Source of the DNA: a virus
DNA length: 64,000 bases
Virus record (IMG/VR): IMGVR_UViG_3300030114_000522
Reading direction: 5' to 3' (one strand)
Made by a program: the position numbers and the translations under genes. Under the pieces are notes generated by a model. It ran no database searches and was not told the origin of the DNA. It was given only the letters and a program-made list of their open reading frames with translations. Below are positions 1 to 10,346 of the stretch, in pieces; within the stretch, counting starts at the first letter, position 1, and each line of letters starts with the position of its first letter.

Positions 1-951
1 GATTTTTTATATAATGAGGAAAATCAGTTGTTATCAAATATTATAATCTTAGATGAAGCAAGTATGGCTAATAGTTCTATCTTTTTATCATTATTAAAAG
101 CAATTAAAAATGGAAGTAAAGTATTAATAGTATTTGACTATGCACAATTACCACCTATAGGTGCTGGAAATATAGCTACAGATTTATTGAAAAGTGATTT
201 TAGTGTAAACATACTAACAAAAGTACATAGACAAGCCGAAGAAAGTGGTATATTATCTGATGCTAATATTATAAGAAAAGGAGAAAATCCTATTGTTAAA
301 CCAGAATATAATATGATACGTGGAAAATTAAAAGACATGCATTATATGTTTAGAATGGATAAACAAGAAATATTTGATTTGACCATTAAATATTTTATGA
401 AGTCTATAGAAACATTATCATTAGATGAGGTATGCATATGTGTGCCAAGGAAAAAAGAGGTATTAAATAGTGCTTTAAATTATAATTTAAAAATTCAAGA
501 ATTACTGTTAGGAACTGAACCTTGCTACATAGAGAAAGGTGATAAGAAATATAAACTTGGAGCGAAAGTTATTCAGAAAGTTAATAATTATGAAAAAGAA
601 GTAGTTAATGGAGAAATTGGTTATATATCAGATATTGATATTATGGAAAAAGTTTTTAAAATAAAATATACTGATGATAAAATAATAGAATATGATTTCA
701 AAGAATTAGACCAATTAGAATTAGCATATGCATTGACAGTGCATTCTACACAGGGTTCTCAATATCATACAGTTATTATTCCATTAGATATGAGTAGCTA
801 TATATTGTTAAGCAAAGAATTGATTTATACTGCTATAACAAGAGCAAGTAAAAGATGTTTGGTAATTGCAGAACCAAAAGCATTTAGTATAGGAATTAAG
901 AGAAGGGCTGGAAAAAGAGATACATGGCTACAATTAGCATTAAATAATTAA
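1..951 (+). CDS. recD2: RecD2-like SF1B helicase, C-terminal part (5' truncated by window edge)
   Basis: Frame open from base 1; Walker B IILDEASM, QLPPIGAG, HRQA, LAYALTVHSTQGSQY, YTAITRA helicase motifs. Confidence 0.9.
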   Translation, partial: DFLYNEENQLLSNIIILDEASMANSSIFLSLLKAIKNGSKVLIVFDYAQLPPIGAGNIATDLLKSDFSVNILTKVHRQAEESGILSDANIIRKGENPIVKPEYNMIRGKLKDMHYMFRMDKQEIFDLTIKYFMKSIETLSLDEVCICVPRKKEVLNSALNYNLKIQELLLGTEPCYIEKGDKKYKLGAKVIQKVNNYEKEVVNGEIGYISDIDIMEKVFKIKYTDDKIIEYDFKELDQLELAYALTVHSTQGSQYHTVIIPLDMSSYILLSKELIYTAITRASKRCLVIAEPKAFSIGIKRRAGKRDTWLQLALNN

Positions 952-958
952 ACTAAAT

Positions 959-1005
959 AATATATTAAACAAACAGTTGACAAAATAGAATAATAAGTTT
1001 AAGAT
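959..1005 (+). promoter_or_regulatory. sigma-A promoter with upstream AAYRTATTAAA motif
   Basis: TTGACA 977-982, 17 bp spacer, TAAGAT 1000-1005; TATTAAA at 963. Confidence 0.7.
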
Positions 1006-1081
1006 AGAGATATGAGGAAAGATTAACCAAATCTAACTTGTATCTTTTCTTTATATTAAAATACATAAGGAGTGAATTAAA

Positions 1082-1288
1082 TTGAAAAAGATAATAGGAT
1101 TTTATCATGTTAACAATACAGAGGTTAAACAATTTGATGAACATTTTTCGAAAGCCATGAATTTGTTACAAGATGATAAACAAGAAGTTGAAGTACAATA
1201 TAAAACCAATGTATTTGATAATGGTCAAATATTATATTCAGCTTTATTAATAGGAAGAAAATATGAGGAGGATAGAATCAATGAGTAA
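1082..1288 (+). CDS. hypothetical phage protein
   Basis: 68 aa ORF, SD AAGGAG upstream, TTG start. Confidence 0.65.
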   Translation: MKKIIGFYHVNNTEVKQFDEHFSKAMNLLQDDKQEVEVQYKTNVFDNGQILYSALLIGRKYEEDRINE

Positions 1289-1700
1289 AAAATTAAATAT
1301 AATCGAGGCTATGAAAATGCCAGAGGATACAGAATTTAAAGTGGTATATAAAGATGGTGGAACTCGACCTTATAATATGTTTAAAAAATGTGATGGTTTT
1401 TTTGATGAAGTTGGTGCTATATTTTGTACCATTAATATTGTTAATGCAACATTTATACCAATTCAACAACCAGTAAGTTTTACAGAAGCAATAACAAGTG
1501 GTAAAAGAATTAAAGTTGACGTTACGGAATTAAATGAAAAATATAAGGATGGACAGTGGATTGTATTAAATAGTTATTGGAATAATGTATATTTCTCAGT
1601 AGACCAAATTTTAAAAATGTTTAGTGAAGGAAATACATACAGGAATGAAATTATACTAGAAGGCAAATGGTACATTGAAGAAAGTGAGGAACAAAATTAA
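1281..1700 (+). CDS. hypothetical phage protein
   Basis: ORF 1263-1700; ATG 1281 preceded by GAGGAGG is the likelier start. Confidence 0.7.
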   Translation: MSKKLNIIEAMKMPEDTEFKVVYKDGGTRPYNMFKKCDGFFDEVGAIFCTINIVNATFIPIQQPVSFTEAITSGKRIKVDVTELNEKYKDGQWIVLNSYWNNVYFSVDQILKMFSEGNTYRNEIILEGKWYIEESEEQN

Positions 1701-1903
1701 TGGATATATTAATAAGATACAAATCATGGTTAGATGATATTGAATTTACAGATGATATTATTTTATATGTAGAAGAAGATATAGAAGAAGAATTATTTGA
1801 GGAATATATAAAAGAAAGATTAGAACAAGAACTAGAGTGTTATGTTGAAATAATTGATGTAATAAGTTTAGTGGATAAAGATGTAAATGTTGAAGAAATA
1901 TAA
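1700..1903 (+). CDS. small acidic hypothetical protein
   Basis: 67 aa, D/E-rich, TAATG coupling to previous gene, SD GAGG. Confidence 0.7.
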   Translation: MDILIRYKSWLDDIEFTDDIILYVEEDIEEELFEEYIKERLEQELECYVEIIDVISLVDKDVNVEEI

Positions 1904-1937
1904 AAACGTATTAAAATAACATAGGAGGTAATATATA

Positions 1938-3854
1938 ATGGCATTTGATAAAATTAGAGCGTTAAATGATAGAGAAAAAGCAAGAGAAAAACTTCCTATA
2001 TTTTATGGTAGTAGAGATAATTTTATGCATGGATTTAGAGAAGTAGGCATAAACAACACTATTGACGAGATAACGAATAATTTTGATAGCGGAACAATAA
2101 ACATATTGTTGCATGACGATTTAGAAACTATTACTATTAGGGATACAGGTAGGGGGATGCCTATAGGAGAAATTACCGACGGAGTTCCTAACTGGGAATT
2201 ATTCTTTACAATACTATTCGCTTCAGGAAAATATGATTCAGAAAACGCTGAGAACTCAGGTGTAAACGGGGTTGGAGGAACTATACTTCAATATTCTAGC
2301 ATTAGATATGATGTGAGGTCATGGTATGATAATAAGGAATATATAATTGAATTTGAAAATGGAGGAGATATAAAAACTCCATTAACTTATATAGGGGAAA
2401 CAGATAAACATGGTACAGAGATAACTTTTAAATTAGATAAAGAATGTTATACTAAAACGAAATATAACCATTTAGATTTAAAAGACATTATTAATAAAGT
2501 AAGTTCATCTTCTCCTAAAACAATTATTGATTTTACATATAATAACGAAACTTTATCATATCATTACGATAGCATAGAAGACTATTATAAATTGAATATA
2601 CAGGAAGATAATTATTTTAAATGTAATCAAAGGATTTTTAATGATGAGAATGAAACAACTAAAATTGAATTATTATTTTCAACATCAATAGAACCTATAC
2701 AGGAATCATATTTAAATAGAAATTATTTATCCGAAGGAGGAATAATTAATAAAGGACTAATTGATGGTATAAAAACATTTACTCATAAATATGCAAAAGA
2801 AAATGGACTATATGCTAAAAATGAAAAGATTATATCAGTAGAAGATGTTTCTAATAGTATTAGTTTTGTGGTCTCCGTTCTTTCTAGTAATGTAGAATTT
2901 CAGTCACAAACTAAATTTTCAAGCCAAAAAGAACTGTATGGTAAATTAACCAAAAAATATATTCAGGATTGTTTAGAAATAATACAAATAGAAAGAAAAG
3001 ATGATTTTAAAAAGTTGGTAGAACAAATTCTTTTAACTAAAAGAGCAAATGAAAAAGCTGAAAATAGTAGAAAAGATATTAGAAAACAATTAGAAGAAGG
3101 TATATCAAATAATAAAGTAAGACCTGAAAAATTCATACCTTGTAGAAGCAAGGTTGCAAATGAAGTTGAACTAATAGTTATTGAAGGAGATTCAGCATTA
3201 AATTCAATTAAGAGTTCTCGTGATGCAAAAACAATGTGTGTTTATCCACTAAAAGGAAAGATAATAAATTCAATTAAGAATAAATTAGATAAAATACTAG
3301 ATAATAATGAAGTTAAAGACTTATTTAAAATACTAGGTTGTGGAATGACATACAAAGGAAAACAAATCAAGGGAGTTCCTATTTTTAATATTAATAATTT
3401 AAACTTAAATAAGATACTAATTTGTACGGATAGAGACACAGATGGGCAACATATTGAAACATTATTATTAACTTTATTTTATACTTTTGCACCAGAATTA
3501 ATAAAACAGAAGAAAGTTTATATTCTTTATACTCCTTTATATATAATAAATTATAAAAAGAAAGAAATATTTGCTTATACCGAAGAAGAAAGAAATGAAG
3601 TAGTAAAATCTTTTAGAGAAGATAATTTTACAGAAACTAGATACAAAGGTATCGGAGGTTTAAAACCACAAGTGTTAAATAAAACAGCTATGGATATTAA
3701 AAAAAGGAATATGAAATGTATAACATGGGAAGAAGTAGAAAAAGGTATAGAAATGTTAGAAATATGTATGTCCGATAAAACATTACTACAAAGAAAAGCA
3801 TTAATAGAATCAGAAGGTCATAATTATTTTGATTTTTCTTTAATTCAAGATTAG
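1938..3854 (+). CDS. gyrB: type IIA DNA topoisomerase subunit B (GyrB/ParE-like)
   Basis: GHKL motifs NxIDE, DTGRGMP, SGVNGVG; TOPRIM EGDSA, PLKGK, DRDTDG; RYKGIG. Confidence 0.92.
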   Translation: MAFDKIRALNDREKAREKLPIFYGSRDNFMHGFREVGINNTIDEITNNFDSGTINILLHDDLETITIRDTGRGMPIGEITDGVPNWELFFTILFASGKYDSENAENSGVNGVGGTILQYSSIRYDVRSWYDNKEYIIEFENGGDIKTPLTYIGETDKHGTEITFKLDKECYTKTKYNHLDLKDIINKVSSSSPKTIIDFTYNNETLSYHYDSIEDYYKLNIQEDNYFKCNQRIFNDENETTKIELLFSTSIEPIQESYLNRNYLSEGGIINKGLIDGIKTFTHKYAKENGLYAKNEKIISVEDVSNSISFVVSVLSSNVEFQSQTKFSSQKELYGKLTKKYIQDCLEIIQIERKDDFKKLVEQILLTKRANEKAENSRKDIRKQLEEGISNNKVRPEKFIPCRSKVANEVELIVIEGDSALNSIKSSRDAKTMCVYPLKGKIINSIKNKLDKILDNNEVKDLFKILGCGMTYKGKQIKGVPIFNINNLNLNKILICTDRDTDGQHIETLLLTLFYTFAPELIKQKKVYILYTPLYIINYKKKEIFAYTEEERNEVVKSFREDNFTETRYKGIGGLKPQVLNKTAMDIKKRNMKCITWEEVEKGIEMLEICMSDKTLLQRKALIESEGHNYFDFSLIQD

Positions 3855-3863
3855 GAGGTAAAG

Positions 3864-6107
3864 ATGAACAATAATATAGAATATGTAGAATTGCACACTA
3901 GAATGAAAGAATCTTATATGTCATATGCTATTGCAACGATAGTAGATAGAGCTATTCCAGATGTAAGAGATGGTTGTCTTCCTATTCATAGAAGGATATT
4001 ATATGCGATGTTTAATAGAGGTTTAACGCATGACAAACCTTATGCTAAATCTTCAGAACCAGTTTCAGAAACTTTAAAGATACATAATCATGGTGACAGT
4101 AGTGCTTATGGTTCTCTAGCGTTATTGACAGATAGAAACGAAACTTTATTACATCCTTTTTTAGATGGTGATGGTTCTTTTGGTAAAGTATATTCAACTG
4201 ATAGTCCAAGCCATATGAGATATACTTTTTGTAGATTGAATAAATTCAGCGAAGAAATGTTTCAAGGACTAAAACAGGGTGCAGTAAAAATAGTAGGAGA
4301 AGATGGACACTATCAACCAATAGTATTACCTAATACATATCCTAATATATTAGTAAAACCAAATAGTGCAATTGCAGTAGGAGAAGCTTGTAACTGGGGC
4401 AGTTTTCCTTTATCAGAAGTATGTGATGTGACAATAGCATACATAAAGAATAAGGATATTGAGGTTATAGATTATTTAACTCCTGATTTTTCTACTGGTG
4501 GACAATTAATATATGATAGGCTACAACTTGAATCAATATATAAAGATGGTCGAGGAAGTATTAGACTAAGAAGTAAATATAGGTATATAGAAGAAGAAAA
4601 CTTGATTGAAATATATGAAATACCATATTCGACAACTGCACAAAAAGTTATTAAAGAGATTACCGAAAAGATGGACAAATATAAAGATATAACTGATGTA
4701 AGAGATGAGACAGGATTCAATAAGGAAAAGAATATTGAAGAATTAAAAATAACCATAGATGTAAAAAAGAATACTAATACTTCGGTTTTAATGGCAAAAT
4801 TATTAAAAGACACATCATTGGAAACTAACTTCTCTTTTAATATGAATTGCTTAGTGAATAATTCTCCAAAAGTATTAGGAATTAAACCTATATTAGACTA
4901 TTGGATAAAGTTTAGAGAAGAATGTATAATTAATACTATGAATTATGATTTAAATAAAAAGAAAGTAAATTTACATTTATTATTAGGATTAAAACAAGTA
5001 TTATTAGATATTGATAAAGCAATAGAAATTATTCGTTTTAGCAAAGATACAATTAATAATTTAATAAAATACTTTTCTATCGACGAAAAACAAGCAATTA
5101 ATGTAATTGAAAATAAGTTAAAAAATATAAATGAAGATTATATAATCAAACAAATTAAAGACATAGAACAATTACAAAAAGAAGTAAAAACATTAGAATA
5201 TAATATTAATGACGAAAATTATATAATTAATATAATTGTTTCAGATTTAGAAAGAGTTAGAGAACAATATAAATTATCTAGAAAAACAGAAATAATATAT
5301 GAGGATAATATACAACAAATATCTCAACAGGACTTAATTCAAGATTATAATTGTAGAATTTTCTATACAAATAATTATATTAAAAAGCATTTAAAACAAT
5401 CAGATAATCATAAATATAAAGAAGATAATATAATATTGGGAGATATAACAACTACCAATAAATCAACATTATTAATATTTACAAATCAATCTAATAGATT
5501 TAGAATACAATGTTCTGAATTAGAGCAATACCTACCTTCTGTTTATGGTTCGTATATTCCTAACTTAATTAACCTACAACCTAATGAAGAAATAATTAAA
5601 ATCATATCAGTAGAAAAACCAACAGGATATATGGTATTTGCTTTTGAAAATGGGAAAGTTGCCAAAATTAAAATAGATAAATTCTTATCATCTTATCAAA
5701 AATTGGAGAACGTTTATTCCACTGAAAGTAAATTGTTAGACTTATATTATTCTGAAAAGGATATTGATATACTAATGGTATCAGACGAAGGAAAGGCTAT
5801 CATATTTAATAGTAGTGAAGTCAATGCAGTATCTAGTAAAAATTCACAAGGTAGTGTAGGTATGAAATTAGACAATAATATTATTATAGGTTCAATTATA
5901 AATGTAGCTAAAGATATTAGTTTTGAATTAATTACATTGAAAGAAAAACAAAAAGAATTTATATTATCAGATATATCACCTACAAATAAAGCAAACGAAG
6001 AAAGAGATTTATATACTTATTTATTTAAAAGGAGAGCAAATCAAGGGAATTTCCTTATAAATACTAGAGTTAATAATGATAAAATTATTTCAGTGAAACT
6101 AATTTAA
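3864..6107 (+). CDS. gyrA: type IIA DNA topoisomerase subunit A (GyrA/ParC-like)
   Basis: RAIPDVRDG, HRRILYAM, HGDSS, catalytic HMRYT, PDFSTGG, C-terminal pinwheel-like region. Confidence 0.92.
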   Translation: MNNNIEYVELHTRMKESYMSYAIATIVDRAIPDVRDGCLPIHRRILYAMFNRGLTHDKPYAKSSEPVSETLKIHNHGDSSAYGSLALLTDRNETLLHPFLDGDGSFGKVYSTDSPSHMRYTFCRLNKFSEEMFQGLKQGAVKIVGEDGHYQPIVLPNTYPNILVKPNSAIAVGEACNWGSFPLSEVCDVTIAYIKNKDIEVIDYLTPDFSTGGQLIYDRLQLESIYKDGRGSIRLRSKYRYIEEENLIEIYEIPYSTTAQKVIKEITEKMDKYKDITDVRDETGFNKEKNIEELKITIDVKKNTNTSVLMAKLLKDTSLETNFSFNMNCLVNNSPKVLGIKPILDYWIKFREECIINTMNYDLNKKKVNLHLLLGLKQVLLDIDKAIEIIRFSKDTINNLIKYFSIDEKQAINVIENKLKNINEDYIIKQIKDIEQLQKEVKTLEYNINDENYIINIIVSDLERVREQYKLSRKTEIIYEDNIQQISQQDLIQDYNCRIFYTNNYIKKHLKQSDNHKYKEDNIILGDITTTNKSTLLIFTNQSNRFRIQCSELEQYLPSVYGSYIPNLINLQPNEEIIKIISVEKPTGYMVFAFENGKVAKIKIDKFLSSYQKLENVYSTESKLLDLYYSEKDIDILMVSDEGKAIIFNSSEVNAVSSKNSQGSVGMKLDNNIIIGSIINVAKDISFELITLKEKQKEFILSDISPTNKANEERDLYTYLFKRRANQGNFLINTRVNNDKIISVKLI

Positions 6108-6119
6108 ATACAACTACAT

Positions 6120-6166
6120 AATATATTAGAATAATAGTTGACAAGAGTTTAAAAAGAGAGTATAGT
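6120..6166 (+). promoter_or_regulatory. sigma-A promoter with upstream motif
   Basis: TTGACA 6138-6143, 17 bp, TATAGT 6161-6166; TATTAGA at 6124. Confidence 0.75.
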
Positions 6167-6205
6167 ATTAATTGTAAGGAATATTAATGAAAGAAAGGAA
6201 GTGAT

Positions 6206-6508
6206 TTGATGAGTCCATATGATATTTTACAAATGATAAATAGAACAAATAGAAACGCCAATGAAACAATTCAAGATGTGAATGATTTAATTGCAGATAT
6301 AGACAATGACCCAAATAAATTTACATATGAATTGTCCCAAGAAGTTGATGAATTTGCTAAAAAATTGAATTTATGTTCTCTATGTGGTGGCGAGATAGTA
6401 CAGATAGGAAGAGATTTTGAAGATAGTGAGTATTTTGGAAATCCAGTTCAAGAACAAATCAATAGATATGGTTGTGATAGCCCTGATTGTAGTTACATAG
6501 TAGATTAG
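6206..6508 (+). CDS. hypothetical Zn-ribbon protein
   Basis: 100 aa, CSLC and CDSPDC, SD AAGGAAG. Confidence 0.7.
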   Translation: MMSPYDILQMINRTNRNANETIQDVNDLIADIDNDPNKFTYELSQEVDEFAKKLNLCSLCGGEIVQIGRDFEDSEYFGNPVQEQINRYGCDSPDCSYIVD

Positions 6509-6560
6509 ATAATAAATTAAAGTAACAATTATATAAAATAAACGAAGGAAGTGAAGTACT

Positions 6561-6650
6561 ATGAACAAAAGAATCTATGCTTTAATATTTTCAAGTTTAA
6601 TTATATTAGGATTTTTAGTAGGATGGATTATAGGCGTTATTTTAATTTAG
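6561..6650 (+). CDS. 29-aa single-TM peptide (MNKRIYALIFSSLIILGFLVGWIIGVILI)
   Basis: Below ORF-track cutoff; SD AAGGAAG, ATG 6561, TAG 6648-6650. Confidence 0.55.
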   Translation: MNKRIYALIFSSLIILGFLVGWIIGVILI

Positions 6651-6666
6651 AAAGGAAGTGATTTAA

Positions 6667-6927
6667 ACGAATAAAGCAATATTAATTGACAATCGTGCAT
6701 ATTGTCCAAGATGTAATCAGTCAAACTATCAATTAACAAATGATTATAAGTTAGTAGAAATAGAAGGTAAAAAATATGATGAATTTGTTGGCAGATGTTT
6801 GACTGATGGTTGTAATGAGAAATTTTATTATCAAAGTGATTCATCCTTATCAGGACAAAGATATGTAATAGATAGGAATAAGGAAATTGAAATTAAAGAT
6901 GAAGTAGAAATTGAACTAGAAGAATAG
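6667..6927 (+). CDS. 86-codon Zn-ribbon ORF with ACG in the start position
   Basis: SD AAGGAAGTG then ACG AAT AAA; CPRC and CLTDGC; open to TAG 6925-6927. Confidence 0.55.
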   Translation, partial: TNKAILIDNRAYCPRCNQSNYQLTNDYKLVEIEGKKYDEFVGRCLTDGCNEKFYYQSDSSLSGQRYVIDRNKEIEIKDEVEIELEE

Positions 6928-6966
6928 ACAATAATTAAATTACATAAAAGAAAGATAGGTGATTAG

Positions 6967-7542
6967 ATGCGAAATAGGACGATGTGTCTGTTTATGGTAT
7001 TACTCTCAAGTAGTTTATTATTTACAATACCATCAGTCACAAAGACACCATTAGCGAATAATATTAAAGAATATGCTAATGTAAATGAAATAATACAGGT
7101 AGACGAATTTGGACTAATTAAAAGTCCTTTTCAAGTACAATACGAAAAAGATAAAGCAGAGAGGGAAAGAATTAGAGCCGAGAAACTTAAACAAGCAGAA
7201 CAGAATATTGTTGAAGAAAATAATAAGGAGTGGCAAACTTTTGTAGTTACATTTTATACGGGATTAGACGAAGAGAACTCTATACATGGGGCAGTTAATT
7301 GTTTAAGTCAACCACTTGAAAGAGGAATGATTGCAAGCAACGTCCTCAAATTAGGAACAAAAATATATTTAGAAAGAGATTATGGAGAAAGGGTAGTGTC
7401 CGATACTGGTGGAGGAAATTTCAATACACCAAATCGTATTGACCTATTTGTGGCACAAAGGGACGGAGAAAATGAAACTCAATGGAAACACAGGGCGAAT
7501 TCTTATGGAATACAATATATAAGAGGATATATTATTAAATAA
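6967..7542 (+). CDS. exported 3D-domain protein (putative lytic transglycosylase/cell-wall binding)
   Basis: N-terminal hydrophobic signal; VTFYTG, IASNVLKLGTKIY, DTGG, RIDLF. Confidence 0.8.
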   Translation: MRNRTMCLFMVLLSSSLLFTIPSVTKTPLANNIKEYANVNEIIQVDEFGLIKSPFQVQYEKDKAERERIRAEKLKQAEQNIVEENNKEWQTFVVTFYTGLDEENSIHGAVNCLSQPLERGMIASNVLKLGTKIYLERDYGERVVSDTGGGNFNTPNRIDLFVAQRDGENETQWKHRANSYGIQYIRGYIIK

Positions 7543-7559
7543 TATAAAGGAGAAGCAAA

Positions 7560-7697
7560 ATGAATAAAAGAATTAAAAAGAAAATAGAGACAAAAGATAA
7601 ATTATTAAGTAATATAGAATATTCACTCAATAATATGGACTTCAAATCTGAAAAGGAAAGAAAACGTTGGATAAAATTTATGACTTATAAAGTGTAA
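7560..7697 (+). CDS. small basic hypothetical protein (45 aa)
   Basis: SD AAGGAG, ATG 7560, TAA 7695-7697. Confidence 0.5.
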   Translation: MNKRIKKKIETKDKLLSNIEYSLNNMDFKSEKERKRWIKFMTYKV

Positions 7698-7774
7698 TTT
7701 TGTATTAAAATCAGAAACCAAATAAATCAATAGTTTTATAACAAATAATATATTAAATTAATAAATAAAAGGAG

Positions 7775-8560
7775 ATGGGTTTTATACATAAGATAGATAG
7801 AACTGGTGAAATAAATATAAATAGTTTTGGAAGTAAAATGACAATTATTAAATATAATAGTGCTAGAGATGTTATCGTTGAATTTGATGATGGTTATAGA
7901 ACTAATGCTAGGTATAAATCTTTCAAAGATGGTTATATATTTAATCCCTATATTAAGACAATATTTAATATTGGTTATATAGGAGAAGGAAAATATATAA
8001 CCAAAAATAAAGAAAATAATAAACTGACATTACAATATGATTATTGGAGAGGAATGTTAAGAAGATGTTATGATAAGAAAATGTTAGAACGCAGTCCTAC
8101 ATATGAAAATAAAGAAGTCTGTGATGAGTGGTTAAATTTTCAAAACTTTGGAACTTGGTTTGATGAAAATTATTATAGCATTGAAAACGAAAGAATGCAT
8201 TTAGATAAAGACATAATAATTAAAGGAAATAAATTATATAGTCCAAATACTTGCATGTTTGTACCAAGTAGAATCAACTTATTATTTACCAAAGGTGAAA
8301 AAGCGAGAGGTAAATATCCTATTGGGGTTAATTATTATGAACCAACTAACGATTTTCAATCTAAGTGTAGAATTTGTGAAGATAATAAATCTACTCAGTT
8401 AATTTTAGGACATTATCCTACATTGATGAAAGCCTTTTATGAAGGATATAAACCATTTAAAGAAAATTACATAAAACAAGTAGCTGATGAATATAAAGAT
8501 AAAATACCACAAAGGTTATATGATGCTATGTATAATTGGAAGGTTAAAATAACAGATTAA
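7775..8560 (+). CDS. free-standing HNH-like homing endonuclease family protein
   Basis: WRGMLRRCY, VCDEWLNFQNF, LDKDI..LYSPNTCMFVP..IN motifs typical of phage HNH-type endonucleases. Confidence 0.7.
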   Translation: MGFIHKIDRTGEININSFGSKMTIIKYNSARDVIVEFDDGYRTNARYKSFKDGYIFNPYIKTIFNIGYIGEGKYITKNKENNKLTLQYDYWRGMLRRCYDKKMLERSPTYENKEVCDEWLNFQNFGTWFDENYYSIENERMHLDKDIIIKGNKLYSPNTCMFVPSRINLLFTKGEKARGKYPIGVNYYEPTNDFQSKCRICEDNKSTQLILGHYPTLMKAFYEGYKPFKENYIKQVADEYKDKIPQRLYDAMYNWKVKITD

Positions 8561-8578
8561 AATAAGGAGTGATATAAA

Positions 8579-9214
8579 ATGAAAATTGCAATTCAAAAAT
8601 GGAAAGAAGGGAACTTTAAAATTAAAGCATTGAAAAGTGATTATAGATGGCTTACAAAAGATAAAATATATGAATTTAAAGATGGAAGAATGACATATGA
8701 TGAAGGTCAAACAAGTGGTTATTACTTAGATTTCAATGATTATACAAGTAGGAATATAAGTTTTGAAGTAGAAGAATATATAGAAACTGAAGTTAAAATT
8801 AAATCTAATGAAGAAATAAATACTAAACCAACATTTGAACAATTAAGCCAATCTCCAATTGATGGCATTGAATTGAATAGTTCTGTAGAAGATTATTTTA
8901 AAAATTTGCTTATGCATAATGGTACGATAGTCTATATTAAAGATGTTTTAAAAAGAGAATCAATTACATATAATAATTTACCTATATTTATAAAATGGCT
9001 ACAAAATGTTTATTCATTATCTACAGAATTAAAGAGTAAAATTGAATATATTGATTTTAATACTGCAAAAGAGCATATGAATAAAGGAAATAAAACTGAA
9101 TTTGAGAATGAAACATATTATATTAAAAACAATGAATTATGGTGTGAAGATATTAATGATGCATGTGCTTTAAAATTAAGAGCAATTGAATCAGACAAAT
9201 GGATATTACTTTAA
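8579..9214 (+). CDS. hypothetical phage protein
   Basis: 211 aa ORF with SD AAGGAG. Confidence 0.7.
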   Translation: MKIAIQKWKEGNFKIKALKSDYRWLTKDKIYEFKDGRMTYDEGQTSGYYLDFNDYTSRNISFEVEEYIETEVKIKSNEEINTKPTFEQLSQSPIDGIELNSSVEDYFKNLLMHNGTIVYIKDVLKRESITYNNLPIFIKWLQNVYSLSTELKSKIEYIDFNTAKEHMNKGNKTEFENETYYIKNNELWCEDINDACALKLRAIESDKWILL

Positions 9215-9400
9215 GAAAGGAGTGTAAAAAAAGATGAACATAAGTAAATTAGAGGCGTTAAATTTATATAGTCAATCTATATAATAATGGATTGAGAATA
9301 GCAAGTGCATTTAAAAGTATTTTTGATAAAGTTACTAGTAAATAAACTGCTGATTTTATACAGATTTAGAAACATATTAAAATGAAAGGAAGTAAATAAT

Positions 9401-9697
9401 ATGAGTAATTTTGTTAATAAATTAAAACAAGAATTAGATAATGAATGTGCTTTACATGAATGTTGTGCTAGTTGTGGTTATTCAATAAAAACTGATTACG
9501 AGGAACATTGTGTTTTTGGTAAAAAAGAAATGGTTTATTCTATAGATAAGATAAATGAATTATTAAATAGTAAGGAGAATAATCATATGTTAAGATATGA
9601 AGTTGATGGAAAAATATATGAAGTGCCTACTATTATGCCAAGTGGTGAGAAATATACTTTAAGTTCTGATGATTTGGAAAACTTACATAAATTATAA
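9401..9697 (+). CDS. hypothetical protein (possible two-gene fusion)
   Basis: 98 aa; internal AAGGAG plus in-frame ATG at 9587. Confidence 0.6.
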   Translation: MSNFVNKLKQELDNECALHECCASCGYSIKTDYEEHCVFGKKEMVYSIDKINELLNSKENNHMLRYEVDGKIYEVPTIMPSGEKYTLSSDDLENLHKL

Positions 9698-9717
9698 AAA
9701 AGAAGGAGAGATAAACT

Positions 9718-9879
9718 ATGGAAGAAGATAAACGAATGCAAAAAGTATTTGCTAATATTAGAGAAACGGATAATAAGAGAATAGAAGAAGCATATGAAGA
9801 ATTCTATAATAGTACAAACGATGGGAATGTATTATGTGGAGCGAAAGCATTTAAGGATTTTATGTTAAATAGGAAATAG
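9718..9879 (+). CDS. small hypothetical protein (53 aa)
   Basis: SD AAGGAG, ATG 9718, TAG 9877-9879. Confidence 0.55.
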   Translation: MEEDKRMQKVFANIRETDNKRIEEAYEEFYNSTNDGNVLCGAKAFKDFMLNRK

Positions 9880-9925
9880 GAAATGAATTAAAATAATAAA
9901 TTAAATAGAAAGAGAGTGATTAAAT

Positions 9926-10108
9926 TTGACAATGATACTAAATCCTAATAAGAAAAAAGCGAGAGAAGTAGCTATGAAAGTATTAGAAAATAATAAATAT
10001 TGTCCGTGCATGATTGTTAAAAATCAAGATACAAAATGCCCTTGCAAAGATAAAAGAGAAAAAGAAATATGTATTTGTGAACTTTTCATAAAAGAGGAGG
10101 AAATTTAA
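9926..10108 (+). CDS. ferredoxin:thioredoxin reductase catalytic-subunit-like protein
   Basis: YCPC...CPC...CICELF: three CxC motifs as in FTR catalytic chains. Confidence 0.7.
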   Translation: MTMILNPNKKKAREVAMKVLENNKYCPCMIVKNQDTKCPCKDKREKEICICELFIKEEEI

Positions 10109-10330
10109 ATGATTAAATTAATTGGAAAAAAGAATTGTTCAGCTTGTAATATGAGTAAGACAGTTTTAATTAATAAGGGAATTGAATTTGAATATAATCT
10201 ATTAGAAGATTTAACCCAAGAAGAACAAGATAGATATATAGCTCTTGCACAAGAAAGTAATATGTTATCACTACCATTAATAGTGGTTGACAATAAATTA
10301 AAAACTTTACAAGAAGTAATAAACAACTAG
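10109..10330 (+). CDS. glutaredoxin/NrdH-like redoxin
   Basis: CSAC near N-terminus, SLPLIVVD cis-Pro region, 73 aa. Confidence 0.8.
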   Translation: MIKLIGKKNCSACNMSKTVLINKGIEFEYNLLEDLTQEEQDRYIALAQESNMLSLPLIVVDNKLKTLQEVINN

Positions 10331-10346
10331 AAGGAGAGATGTAAAA

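Noticed and set aside
9235-9290. SD plus ATG opening a 16-codon ORF
   Set aside because: Too short to support; probably a gene remnant.
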